From sequence record SRR31147125_1466: a DNA stretch of 39,848 bases; one strand, 5' to 3'. Positions 10,333-19,335 of the stretch are shown here, one piece after another. The position numbers were made by a program, and so were the translations under genes. Below the pieces are notes generated by a model, which saw nothing but the letters and a program-made list of their open reading frames with translations, was not told the origin of the DNA and did not search any database. How positions within the stretch are numbered: position 1 is the first letter of the stretch; every line of letters begins with the position of its first letter.

Positions 10333-11355
10333 TTATGATTGAAAATCAACTAAATCATCTATCATTGTTTGTGTTGATGTAAATCCACCTGATGCGATGT
10401 ACCAAGCTTCACCATCTAATTCATAAATTTTGTTATTTTGACCAGCATCTGTACCAGCGATTAGACTATTTGCTTTTACTGTATCAGTTGAACCTTCGCC
10501 ACCTATTGCTGCACCTCTATCCATTAAGAATAACACAGCAGGATTAACTGCAGCAACATATTCATAACCTACAACAGCACCATGACTTCCACCTTCTTCA
10601 GCTTGTGCATCTGCTGCAATAAATCCAAATTCATCGTGCAGAACTGCAAAACGTCCGGTTGGGCCATAAAATGATAATGATTCACCATTGACTAAAATAA
10701 ACAATGCTTCGTAATCCTTAGCTACTTCACTAATAACATCCATATCATCTAATAACTGATTTAATTTTGTATATAATTCATCTTTGACATCAGGGAATAT
10801 TTTACCTAAATTTTCGACATTGCGTGATAACCCTTCGCTATATTCACCATAAGTGAGTGTCATATCTAGAATATCAGCATTTGGGTAACTCTCTTTAAGT
10901 GTGTCATATGCTGACGTTGTACGTCCACCAATAATGATAAGGTCTGGATTAAATAAATCAAGCGTATCCCAATCTGGCAAGAAAAGTGTTCCTATATTTT
11001 CATAATCACTATCATCATATGATGATAAAAATGATGGTAAATTACTTTTTACAACACCGATGTTTTTAATTGATGTATTTTCTATGCCCACAACATCTAG
11101 CATATCAAGTGCATCATAAGTGAATATTGCGACACTTTGAGGGTTTGTTAAAAATGTTTCTGTAACCTCTTGGGTTTTTGCATTTGTTCGATCAAAACTT
11201 GTCCCATCGTCTGACAAGACACCACCTGTTGTTACCACTTGAGTAATACTTACTTCTACTCTGTTTGAATCATCCGTTTGATTGCTTTGTGTACCACATG
11301 CAACTAAAACTAATGCAAGTGCAATCATACTTAATGTTATTATTATTTTTTTCAT
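10333..11355 (-). CDS. iron-siderophore ABC transporter substrate-binding lipoprotein (FatB/YclQ-like)
   Basis: Signal peptide with lipobox LVAC; IGTLFLPD, PDLIIIGGR, SHGAVVGYEY, LFLMDRGAAIG. Confidence 0.88.
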   Translation of the reverse strand: MKKIIITLSMIALALVLVACGTQSNQTDDSNRVEVSITQVVTTGGVLSDDGTSFDRTNAKTQEVTETFLTNPQSVAIFTYDALDMLDVVGIENTSIKNIGVVKSNLPSFLSSYDDSDYENIGTLFLPDWDTLDLFNPDLIIIGGRTTSAYDTLKESYPNADILDMTLTYGEYSEGLSRNVENLGKIFPDVKDELYTKLNQLLDDMDVISEVAKDYEALFILVNGESLSFYGPTGRFAVLHDEFGFIAADAQAEEGGSHGAVVGYEYVAAVNPAVLFLMDRGAAIGGEGSTDTVKANSLIAGTDAGQNNKIYELDGEAWYIASGGFTSTQTMIDDLVDFQS

Positions 11356-11379
11356 TTACTATTTTCTCCTATTATTTTT

Positions 11380-12180
11380 TTATTTTTCTTCTTTCAATAC
11401 ACGATCGTATGTTTCTTCCATTTGGTTATAATATAAACATACTTTTTTACCATTAAATCCTGCGATACAAAAATCGTGATCAAATACATGATCTAATATC
11501 GTTTTATCAATCATATGATCAATATGTCCTTGATCAATAATTTCACCATTTTTCATGGCCACTATATGGTCTGCAAATGCCGCTGCAAAATTAATGTCAT
11601 GCATAACAACCACAATGGTTTTCTTTAAATCTTTAACTAATCTTTGTAACAGTTGCATCATTTCAACACCATATTTAATATCAAGGTTATTGAGTGGTTC
11701 ATCAAGCAAAATATATTTTGTATCTTGAGCGATAATCATTGCGATATAAGCTCTTTGTTTTTGTCCACCTGATAGTTGATCAATAAATTTATGTGATATC
11801 TCATTTAAGTCCATATAATCTATAGCTTCTTGAATTTTTAATTCATCTTCTTTTTTCAGTCTTCCTTTTGTATACGGAAATCTTCCAAAAGATATAAGTT
11901 CTTTCACGGTAACTCTCATATTAATATGGTTTGTTTGTTTTAAAATAGCAAGTTTTTTTGCAATGTCTATATTTTTCATATCTTTCATATAGGTACCATC
12001 AATTAATATATCACCACTGTCTTGTGCTAATAATCTTGCAACAATCGATAAAAGTGTTGATTTACCTGCTCCATTGGATCCAATAAGCGCAGTAATCTTC
12101 TCATCAGGTATAGCAAGACTAACATCTTTGAGTACTTTTAAATCTTGATATGATTTTGATACATTTAGAACTTCTATCAT
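11380..12180 (-). CDS. iron-siderophore ABC transporter ATPase (YclP-like)
   Basis: GSNGAGKST, FGRFPY, LSGGQKQRAYIAM, LLDEPLNNLD, HDINFA. Confidence 0.92.
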   Translation of the reverse strand: MIEVLNVSKSYQDLKVLKDVSLAIPDEKITALIGSNGAGKSTLLSIVARLLAQDSGDILIDGTYMKDMKNIDIAKKLAILKQTNHINMRVTVKELISFGRFPYTKGRLKKEDELKIQEAIDYMDLNEISHKFIDQLSGGQKQRAYIAMIIAQDTKYILLDEPLNNLDIKYGVEMMQLLQRLVKDLKKTIVVVMHDINFAAAFADHIVAMKNGEIIDQGHIDHMIDKTILDHVFDHDFCIAGFNGKKVCLYYNQMEETYDRVLKEEK

Positions 12181-13181
12181 ATTTTATTCTCCTTCAATAT
12201 GAGATATAACATATACATACCACCAAACATGGATATAAATACTGGTACAGTTGTACGGTATTCAAATTCACTGACAATCGTTTGACCAAACACAATGAAT
12301 ATAATAGCAACAAAACTTGATAGTACCATTAGCTGTTTATGTTGATATGATTTTAATAACTCTCTTGCAATATTTACAGCAATGAGGCCAAGAAATGAAA
12401 TAGGGCCAATAAGTGCTGTCGAAATCGACATGGCTAGTGCAATATAGACAAGACTTTTATTCATCATATGGTGGTAATCCACGCCTAATCCAATCGCCTC
12501 ACTTTCTCCTAGACTCATCACATCATATGTATGATGATGTTTATATAAAAGTCCAAGTATCACAATCATTAATGGCACCACTAATAAAATGATTGATGTG
12601 TTCATATTCGTGATTGAAACTTCAGTTCTAATCGTTAAATACTGAAACTCCTCTGGATCCATAATTGTTTGTAAAAACTGAGCAATAGATCTTGTCAATG
12701 TTGAAATAATAAGTCCGATAAGCAATAAAAATATCATATGATTCCTTTGCTTTTTAAGGACTGTTGCGTATAAAACCATTGTGACCACTAACATCACAAT
12801 TGTAGAAGCTAAATAATTAAGATAAGGGTTTGCATAGAACACACTTGAAGATGTGAAAAAAAATACAATCATCGTTTGTGATAAAACAAAAATAGAATCA
12901 AAGCCAATAAGACTTGGTGTTAAGATACGATTATTTGTCAGTGTTTGAAAAACCAATGCAGTTGATGCTATCAATGCAGCTGAAACAACCATAGCCAATA
13001 CTTGAAAAAATCTACGATTAAGTATCTTAAAAATAGCTTGTCTCATATATAATCTTTGCGTCATGTCTTCTGGAAATAGATCATATGGTGTTGTCACCAT
13101 CCATAATGTCAAATATAAAATGACAGAGACCAAAGCGATTGCTCCAAAAATCCATAGGATTCGTTGATGTCTATTTTTCAT
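12177..13181 (-). CDS. iron-siderophore ABC permease, FecCD family (YclO/FatC-like)
   Basis: FQTLTNNRILTPSLIG, LGESEAIGLGV, GPISFLGLI; multiple TM segments. Confidence 0.9.
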   Translation of the reverse strand: MKNRHQRILWIFGAIALVSVILYLTLWMVTTPYDLFPEDMTQRLYMRQAIFKILNRRFFQVLAMVVSAALIASTALVFQTLTNNRILTPSLIGFDSIFVLSQTMIVFFFTSSSVFYANPYLNYLASTIVMLVVTMVLYATVLKKQRNHMIFLLLIGLIISTLTRSIAQFLQTIMDPEEFQYLTIRTEVSITNMNTSIILLVVPLMIVILGLLYKHHHTYDVMSLGESEAIGLGVDYHHMMNKSLVYIALAMSISTALIGPISFLGLIAVNIARELLKSYQHKQLMVLSSFVAIIFIVFGQTIVSEFEYRTTVPVFISMFGGMYMLYLILKENKI

Positions 13182-14136
13182 ATTTCATTCTCGCTAATAT
13201 CATCATTAAAAAGATCACAGCACCCGTCACACCCATTGTGAAAATGATAGATACCTCGTAAGGATAAACAATCACACGACTAATCACATCATTTAAAAGC
13301 ACAAAACTCGAGCCGAACAACGCAACATCTAAAAGTGTTTTTTTGACATCATCACCATAAAATTTTGTCATTAGATTTGGCACAATTAAACCAATAAACG
13401 GCAACATACCGACCATCACAAAAGTTACAGACGTAATCAGTGCGATAACAAACAATCCCATATACATCACAACATGATAATTGACACCAAGATTCTTCGC
13501 AAAATCTTGACCCATGCCAATAATACTAAATCTGGTTGCATAGATTATCGCGATCACCACTGCTGGTATCACTAAATATAACAATTCATATGTGCCTAGC
13601 GCTTTGCTACTAAAACCACCTACACCAATTGTATTTAAAAATTGCAATGCATTAAATTGATGCGCAATAAAAGTAGATATCGCTGATATCATCGCGCCAT
13701 ACATCATACCAATAAGTGGAATATATACAACATTCTTAAATTGTATTTTTTGTAGAACAATCATAAAAATGATTGATGATATCATCGCAAAAACAAGTGC
13801 AAAAATCGTCTTTGTATACGTGGATTGATTACCCATGATGATGTAACCTAAAAGCACACCAAGAATTGCAGCATTCGTTGTTCCAGCTGTTGTTGGTGAT
13901 ACAAACTTATTCCGACTAATCGCTTGCATAATTAAACCTGCAATCGACATTGAAGATGCAGCAAGTATAATCGAGATAGTACGTGGTATTCTTGAAACTT
14001 TTAGAATATAGAGTGCGTCTTCATCACCTGCAAATAATGCTTGATAAGAAAAATCGAGCACACCCACTCTTATGGACACCACAACTAACATCACAAATAT
14101 CGCAACTAATAAAATACGTTTACTATGCTTCTTCAC
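13171..14136 (-). CDS. iron-siderophore ABC permease, FecCD family (YclN/FatD-like)
   Basis: SRIPRT, GLIMQAISRNKFVSPTTAGT, GQDFAKNLGVNY, LPFIGLIVPN; GTG start lacks an SD and overlaps the upstream hmoA-like stop. Confidence 0.9.
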   Translation of the reverse strand: MKKHSKRILLVAIFVMLVVVSIRVGVLDFSYQALFAGDEDALYILKVSRIPRTISIILAASSMSIAGLIMQAISRNKFVSPTTAGTTNAAILGVLLGYIIMGNQSTYTKTIFALVFAMISSIIFMIVLQKIQFKNVVYIPLIGMMYGAMISAISTFIAHQFNALQFLNTIGVGGFSSKALGTYELLYLVIPAVVIAIIYATRFSIIGMGQDFAKNLGVNYHVVMYMGLFVIALITSVTFVMVGMLPFIGLIVPNLMTKFYGDDVKKTLLDVALFGSSFVLLNDVISRVIVYPYEVSIIFTMGVTGAVIFLMMILARMKYEK

Positions 14137-14453
14137 GATATGGTTGAAGTAGTGCTAAATCGTAGAAATGCGCTTCAACACCTAAAACTCCTTCAGGTTT
14201 TTGATGATGTGTATGATTTTTATCTTTGTGCAATGCAATATGTTCTGGACTACCTTCCCAGCGATAGAAAGCTTTTTTATCTTCAAAATATGTGCTTATA
14301 TTGATGACATTAAATGCTTTATTTTTTATCGATAAGAATTTCTCTTTTAAGAAATCCTTTAAATTTGAATATTGGTGAAGGTTTATTAAACCTTTCTATT
14401 AATGCTTCGGTAAAAGTTTTTTCTACCTTAATCATTCGACTAATAACATACAT
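14123..14453 (-). pseudogene. HmoA/IsdG-like (ABM family) heme-degrading monooxygenase, frameshifted at an A6 tract (14322-14327); absent from ORF track
   Basis: Manual translation: AAGGAG RBS, MYVISRMIKVEKTFTEALIERFNKPSPIFKFKGFLKREILIDKK* then shifted frame NKAFNVINISTYFEDKKAFYRWEGSPEHIALHKDKNHTHHQKPEGVLGVEAHFYDLALLQPYREEA*. Resembles B. subtilis HmoA (ERF...G...WE.S..HIA.H). Confidence 0.8.
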
Positions 14454-14488
14454 AATTTATGCTCCTTATACATAATATCTAACTTGCC

Positions 14489-14520
14489 CTTATTTTAAAT
14501 TATTCAAAATAAGTTTGCAA
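14489..14520 (-). promoter_or_regulatory. promoter of hmoA-iron ABC operon with overlapping 25-bp palindrome
   Basis: TTGCAA (14520-14515), 17 nt, TAAAAT (14497-14492); CTTATTTTAAAT-T-ATTCAAAATAAG (14489-14513) pairs at 11 of 12 positions. Confidence 0.65.
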
Positions 14521-14578
14521 TGAAAGCGATAAACTTTCTAATTAAGAATTATATTTATAATAAATAATAATCTCAATT

Positions 14579-14634
14579 AAAAAGCCACGCAGCAAGAATC
14601 CGTTTTAATGTAACGGATTCTTGCTGCGTGGCTT
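14579..14634 (-). terminator. 23-bp perfect inverted repeat / terminator after cysE
   Basis: AAGCCACGCAGCAAGAATCCGTT (14582-14604), 7-nt loop, AACGGATTCTTGCTGCGTGGCTT (14612-14634); T run follows on the minus strand. Confidence 0.8.
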
Positions 14635-14647
14635 ATTATCTAATGAT

Positions 14648-15163
14648 TTAATTTTTATGTGCTGGTACACCTTTTAATACACTATGTGGTGGTGCATCTT
14701 TAACAACAACTGCACCAGCTGCAATCACACTATCATGACCAATACGAATCGGTCCAATTAATGTCGCATTGGCATACACAATACAACCGCTACCTAATTT
14801 GGGATGACGATCAACTTTTTTAAAAGTGTTTGCGCCTAGTGTAACTCCATGATAAAGCACACATGCATCGCCAATTTCAGCAGTTTCACCAATCACGACA
14901 CCCATACCATGATCAATAAATACACCTTGACCTATTTTTGCTGCTGGATGAATTTCAATGCCAGTCTTTTTTCTTGCTTTATAACTTATCCATCTAGCTA
15001 AGTTTTTTCTACCCTTTAACCAATGTTTGTGCGCTCTTCTATATCTTCTAAGTGCAATCACACCAGGATATGTGAAATATACCATGAAGCAGCAAGGTGC
15101 TGCAGGATCATATAACTTTGCTGCACGAACATCTTTAATCGTACATTCTAATTTCTTTTTCAT
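14648..15163 (-). CDS. cysE: serine O-acetyltransferase (short, EpsC-type)
   Basis: TGIEIHPAAKIG.GVFIDHGMGVVIGETAEIG, HGVTLG, RHPKLG, GVPA; 4-nt overlap with cysK. Confidence 0.92.
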   Translation of the reverse strand: MKKKLECTIKDVRAAKLYDPAAPCCFMVYFTYPGVIALRRYRRAHKHWLKGRKNLARWISYKARKKTGIEIHPAAKIGQGVFIDHGMGVVIGETAEIGDACVLYHGVTLGANTFKKVDRHPKLGSGCIVYANATLIGPIRIGHDSVIAAGAVVVKDAPPHSVLKGVPAHKN

Positions 15164-16092
15164 TGATATAACTCCGTCGATAAGTATCTTTCACCTGTAT
15201 CTGGGATAATGACAACTATTCTTTTTCCTTTATTTTCTTCTTTTACAGCAATCTGTGTTGCTGCATATAATGCTGCACCTGCGGAAATTCCTGCAAGCAC
15301 ACCTTCAGTTTTCGCAAGTAACCTTGAAGTTTCAAATGCATCTACATCTTCAACATTAATAAACATATCATATGCATCTTTATTGACGATAGGTGGTAAA
15401 AATCCTGGTCCTATGCCTTGAATTTTACTTGATCCTTTTTTAACACCTGTCGTAATCACTGCATTTTGCATAGGTTCTACTGCGACAATTTGAATACCAT
15501 CTATGTGTTTTTTTAAGACTTCACCTGTACCAGTAATTGTACCACCAGTACCCATTCCTGCAACAAAATAATCGAGTTGATAATCAGTATCTTCTAATAT
15601 TTCAATGGCAGTCGTTTTTCTATGAATTTCCGGATTTGCTAAATTTTCAAATTGCATTGGCATAATATAATTAGCATCTTCTTTCATTAAATCCTGTGCA
15701 ACCTTAATCGCGCCTACCATACCTTTAGTTTTATCGGTTAAGATTAATTTCGCACCCAGCGCTTTAACGATTTGTTTACGTTCATTTGAAACAGCTTCTG
15801 GCATAACAAGTGTTAAATCGTATTGTTTTGCTGCACATATAAATGCTAACCCTATACCAGTGTTACCACTAGTTGCTTCTATAAACTTAGTGTTTTCATG
15901 AACTAATCCCTGTTTTTCCATTGATTCAATTAATGCCATAGCAAGTCTATCTTTGACACTACTCATCGGATTGAAATTTTCTAATTTTACAATGATTTCT
16001 GCTTGCGCACCAACCACTTTTTCATAATGATTTAATCGGAGCAATGGTGTACGTCCGACTAGTTCTACATAATTGTTATAAATTTTACTCAT
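15160..16092 (-). CDS. cysK: cysteine synthase A
   Basis: GRTPL, KLENFNPMSSVKDR (PLP Lys), EATSGNTGIGLA, GTGGTITG, IQGIG, PDTGERYLST. Confidence 0.96.
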   Translation of the reverse strand: MSKIYNNYVELVGRTPLLRLNHYEKVVGAQAEIIVKLENFNPMSSVKDRLAMALIESMEKQGLVHENTKFIEATSGNTGIGLAFICAAKQYDLTLVMPEAVSNERKQIVKALGAKLILTDKTKGMVGAIKVAQDLMKEDANYIMPMQFENLANPEIHRKTTAIEILEDTDYQLDYFVAGMGTGGTITGTGEVLKKHIDGIQIVAVEPMQNAVITTGVKKGSSKIQGIGPGFLPPIVNKDAYDMFINVEDVDAFETSRLLAKTEGVLAGISAGAALYAATQIAVKEENKGKRIVVIIPDTGERYLSTELYQ

Positions 16093-16190
16093 ACTTCACA
16101 ACCTTTCGCCATCATATTATACTGCTTTTTCCTTTAAAATTGCAATGAAATGCTATATAATTTACATAGATTAGAAAGAGGTTTTGATAA

Positions 16191-16799
16191 ATGCAAATAC
16201 AAAAATTTACTTTAGGCAACTTAAGAAGCAATTGTTATATTGTTTTTAATGAAACAAATGCTTTTATTATTGACCCCGGTTATGAAAATGATGTTGTAGA
16301 AAAATTCATTGAAAATCATGGTTTAGATGTTGATTTTATATATTTAACGCATGGTCATTATGATCATGTAGGTGGTGTTAAACAATTGAAGGAAATATAT
16401 CAATGTAGCGTATACGCCCCTGAAAAAGATATGTTTTGGACAAAAACTTATGCAAAAGATAAATTAGGTTATGAAATACCCGTTGACCAATATATCAGTG
16501 AACCTTTTAGTCTTTCGTTTCAAGACTTGACCTTAGAAGTCTTTGATACACCTGGTCATTCTGAAGGTGGAACTATTTTATATTTACCGGATATTGATGT
16601 GATGTTTTCTGGTGATACGCTATTTTTCCAAACGATAGGACGTACTGATATTCCTTATGCAAATACCGAAGATTTAATTGAAAGTGTTAAGAAAATATAT
16701 CAATTAATTCCTGATCAAACACGCATATATCCAGGCCATGGAAAACCTACAAGTATCGCACATGAAAAAAAATATAATCCTTATGTTAAAGCATCTTAA
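16191..16799 (+). CDS. MBL-fold metallo-hydrolase (glyoxalase II-like)
   Basis: IIDPG, THGHYDHVGG, TPGHSEG, FSGDTLF, IYPGHG. Confidence 0.9.
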   Translation: MQIQKFTLGNLRSNCYIVFNETNAFIIDPGYENDVVEKFIENHGLDVDFIYLTHGHYDHVGGVKQLKEIYQCSVYAPEKDMFWTKTYAKDKLGYEIPVDQYISEPFSLSFQDLTLEVFDTPGHSEGGTILYLPDIDVMFSGDTLFFQTIGRTDIPYANTEDLIESVKKIYQLIPDQTRIYPGHGKPTSIAHEKKYNPYVKAS

Positions 16800-16835
16800 A
16801 TTTTAAATACTAGATAACACAATAAAAAACAATCC

Positions 16836-18119
16836 TTAGTCGGATTGTTTTTCTTTAAGTATAACTAATGTTTCAATAGATGTTGTGTGATGAAACATTC
16901 GAATCGGATAGACATGTGTAATTTCATACAAGTCAGATAACAAATGATAATCTCTAGCAAGTGTCTTTACATCACATGAAACATATACGATTTGCTTGAA
17001 TTTCATGTCCTTTATTTTATAAATGAACTTTTTCATTAATCCAGCACGTGGTGGATCAACAATTAAAACATCGCCTTTATATCTTTCAATTACATCTTCT
17101 GCTCTAGCTTCAACCACTTTAATCTTCTTAATCATATATGATTTTAGTATTGATTTTGCCATCACGACATTTTCATGCTGTGATTCAATCATCGTCATAC
17201 GTTTGACATGATCAACAAGTGATAAACCAATCACACCAATACCACTATAAGCTTCAATCACAACTTGTTGAGGTTCAATGTGTGATCGAATTATGTCGAA
17301 CACACTTTTCATAACTGGAAAATTAATTTGAAAAAAACTTCTGTCATTGATGGTTAAATCAAACTGATTGAGTTTAAAATTAATTTCATTTTTACCATAT
17401 AAAACCACTGAGTCTTTACTCAATATATGCTTTGGATGTTTTTTTAAATTAAGCGTTACACCGACGACTTCTGGTTGTTCACTTAATCTTTTCACGAGTA
17501 AATCTAAAAACTTGACTTTTTCTTTAGTAGATACAAAAGTAATCAATATTTGATTGTTTTCATTTGTTCTAAAAACAACATGTTTGATTACACCTTGTTC
17601 AACAGGTATCATCGAGCGATTGATTAAATTTAAAAACTTATTCGTAAGTTTATCCGCTAACACAAATTGATGTGTCTCTGTTAATAAATAATTTTTAAGA
17701 TACATACCACACTTGATTGTTGGTTCATCTAAAATATGAAAGACACTTTTATTTCTGTAATGCAAATAGCGATCATCTGTTATTGTATGTTCAAGGTTAA
17801 TGTCTTGTTTTGCTATTTTTGAAAATGTTTCTTTTGTTAATCTTTCTTGCCATTTAATTTGTTCATCAATGGATAAGTGGTAAAGTTCTATACTGCCTAA
17901 CAAAGACGTATCATGCACTCTATGCTTACTAATTGAAATTAAATCTATCATTTGAGCAAGAGCAAATCGATCTTTTAATTCTACGATTTCTACAAGCGCA
18001 ACTTCACCTTCTAGCAATCCAGGTGTAAATATCACATACTGATCAATTTTACTGACCCCTTGACCTTTGTAATCTAAGTCAATAATTTTTACTTTTACTT
18101 GTTTACCAACAGTTAACAT
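16836..18119 (-). CDS. rlmD: 23S rRNA m5U methyltransferase, RlmD/RlmCD family (start MLTVG)
   Basis: TRAM N-terminus, YRNK, SFFQIN, VDPPRAG, IVYVSCDVKTLARD. Confidence 0.85.
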   Translation of the reverse strand: MLTVGKQVKVKIIDLDYKGQGVSKIDQYVIFTPGLLEGEVALVEIVELKDRFALAQMIDLISISKHRVHDTSLLGSIELYHLSIDEQIKWQERLTKETFSKIAKQDINLEHTITDDRYLHYRNKSVFHILDEPTIKCGMYLKNYLLTETHQFVLADKLTNKFLNLINRSMIPVEQGVIKHVVFRTNENNQILITFVSTKEKVKFLDLLVKRLSEQPEVVGVTLNLKKHPKHILSKDSVVLYGKNEINFKLNQFDLTINDRSFFQINFPVMKSVFDIIRSHIEPQQVVIEAYSGIGVIGLSLVDHVKRMTMIESQHENVVMAKSILKSYMIKKIKVVEARAEDVIERYKGDVLIVDPPRAGLMKKFIYKIKDMKFKQIVYVSCDVKTLARDYHLLSDLYEITHVYPIRMFHHTTSIETLVILKEKQSD

Positions 18120-19320
18120 CTTCATCATCTTCTCTATAGTTTTTTGCAAGGCCTCCGAGTGAGGTTTCCTTGTAGGATTGATGCATATCTAATCCTGTTT
18201 GATACATCGTTTCAATCACTGTATCAAATGATATTTTTCGTGTGTCACTTAAGAAAAATGACAATCGGCTTGCATTGATTGCACGTAGTGCAGCTACTGC
18301 ATTACGTTCTATACATGGTATTTGTACATACCCATTAACAGGATCACATGTTAATCCTAGATGATGTTCCATCGCGATTTCAGCTGCATATTCAATTTGA
18401 TTAATATCATAGCCCATTAAATAAGCATGTGCAGCTGCAGCCATACTGCATGCACTTCCTACTTCAGCCTGACAACCAGCAACTGCACCACTGACTGAAG
18501 CATTATACTTTATCAAATTACCAAATAGTCCTGCGACTGCAAGAGCTTCTAGAATATCTTCTTCTTTAATAGTCGGATGTTTTTCTAGTGTATATCTTAG
18601 CACTGCTGGCAAAATGCCACACGCACCACATGTTGGTGCAGTAACAATCACACCACCAGCAGCATTTTCTTCACTCACAGCATATGCATATGCGCTTACT
18701 ATTCTATTTTCAGTAATTTCACTCATTTCATCTTTATCATCTCGCAAATATAATTTGTGTGCTTTGCGCATGAGCTTAATCGGTCCTGGTAGCACTTCTA
18801 TGGTTGATAACCCGCGTTCTATCGCTTGATACATGGCTTGCCACACTTCTTTCAAATATACTTTGAAATCATCAGATTCATATTTCATAACAAAATCATA
18901 TAATGATATCTGATGCTTTTGGCAATACTTAGAAATCATTTTAAATGTTTTCAAGGGATAGATTTCATGATCTTCAAATGGAAAATCATCATATTTAATG
19001 TATCCGCCTCCAACGCTTTGCATCTTATATGTTTTCATGGTATTATCAGATTCAAAAACTGTAATTTCCATTTGATTCGGATGAACACCTTGATTAATTT
19101 CAGTTATAAAAGTGACAGGTAGGCTTTCTAACACAGATAAGATAGCTTCTTCCGTCAAATGACCTTTTCCAGTAAGCGCTAGTGAGTTAAATAATTTGAT
19201 TTCGAATTTTATTGCATGCTTATGCAACTCTTTAATCTTTTTAGCTGCTTTTGCTGGTCCCATCGTATGTGAACTAGATGGACCATAACCTATTTGATAA
19301 AGATATTTTAATGAGTACAT
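18103..19320 (-). CDS. sdaA: L-serine ammonia-lyase, Fe-S dependent, single-chain form
   Basis: IGYGPSSSHTMGP, SLALTGKGH, VTAPTCGACG, AGCQAEVGSA, GLTCDPV.GYVQIPCIERNA, YKETSLGGLA. Confidence 0.93.
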   Translation of the reverse strand: MYSLKYLYQIGYGPSSSHTMGPAKAAKKIKELHKHAIKFEIKLFNSLALTGKGHLTEEAILSVLESLPVTFITEINQGVHPNQMEITVFESDNTMKTYKMQSVGGGYIKYDDFPFEDHEIYPLKTFKMISKYCQKHQISLYDFVMKYESDDFKVYLKEVWQAMYQAIERGLSTIEVLPGPIKLMRKAHKLYLRDDKDEMSEITENRIVSAYAYAVSEENAAGGVIVTAPTCGACGILPAVLRYTLEKHPTIKEEDILEALAVAGLFGNLIKYNASVSGAVAGCQAEVGSACSMAAAAHAYLMGYDINQIEYAAEIAMEHHLGLTCDPVNGYVQIPCIERNAVAALRAINASRLSFFLSDTRKISFDTVIETMYQTGLDMHQSYKETSLGGLAKNYREDDEDVNCW

Positions 19321-19335
19321 ATCTATTCCTTTTGA

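Noticed and set aside
14521..14534. cre-like TGAAAGCGATAAAC next to the -35 of the iron operon
   Set aside because: The right half deviates from the CcpA consensus and there is no supporting context.
14540..14578. Possible Fur box upstream of the iron operon
   Set aside because: Best match is only about 8 of 14 to TGATAAT-N-ATTATCA in very AT-rich DNA.
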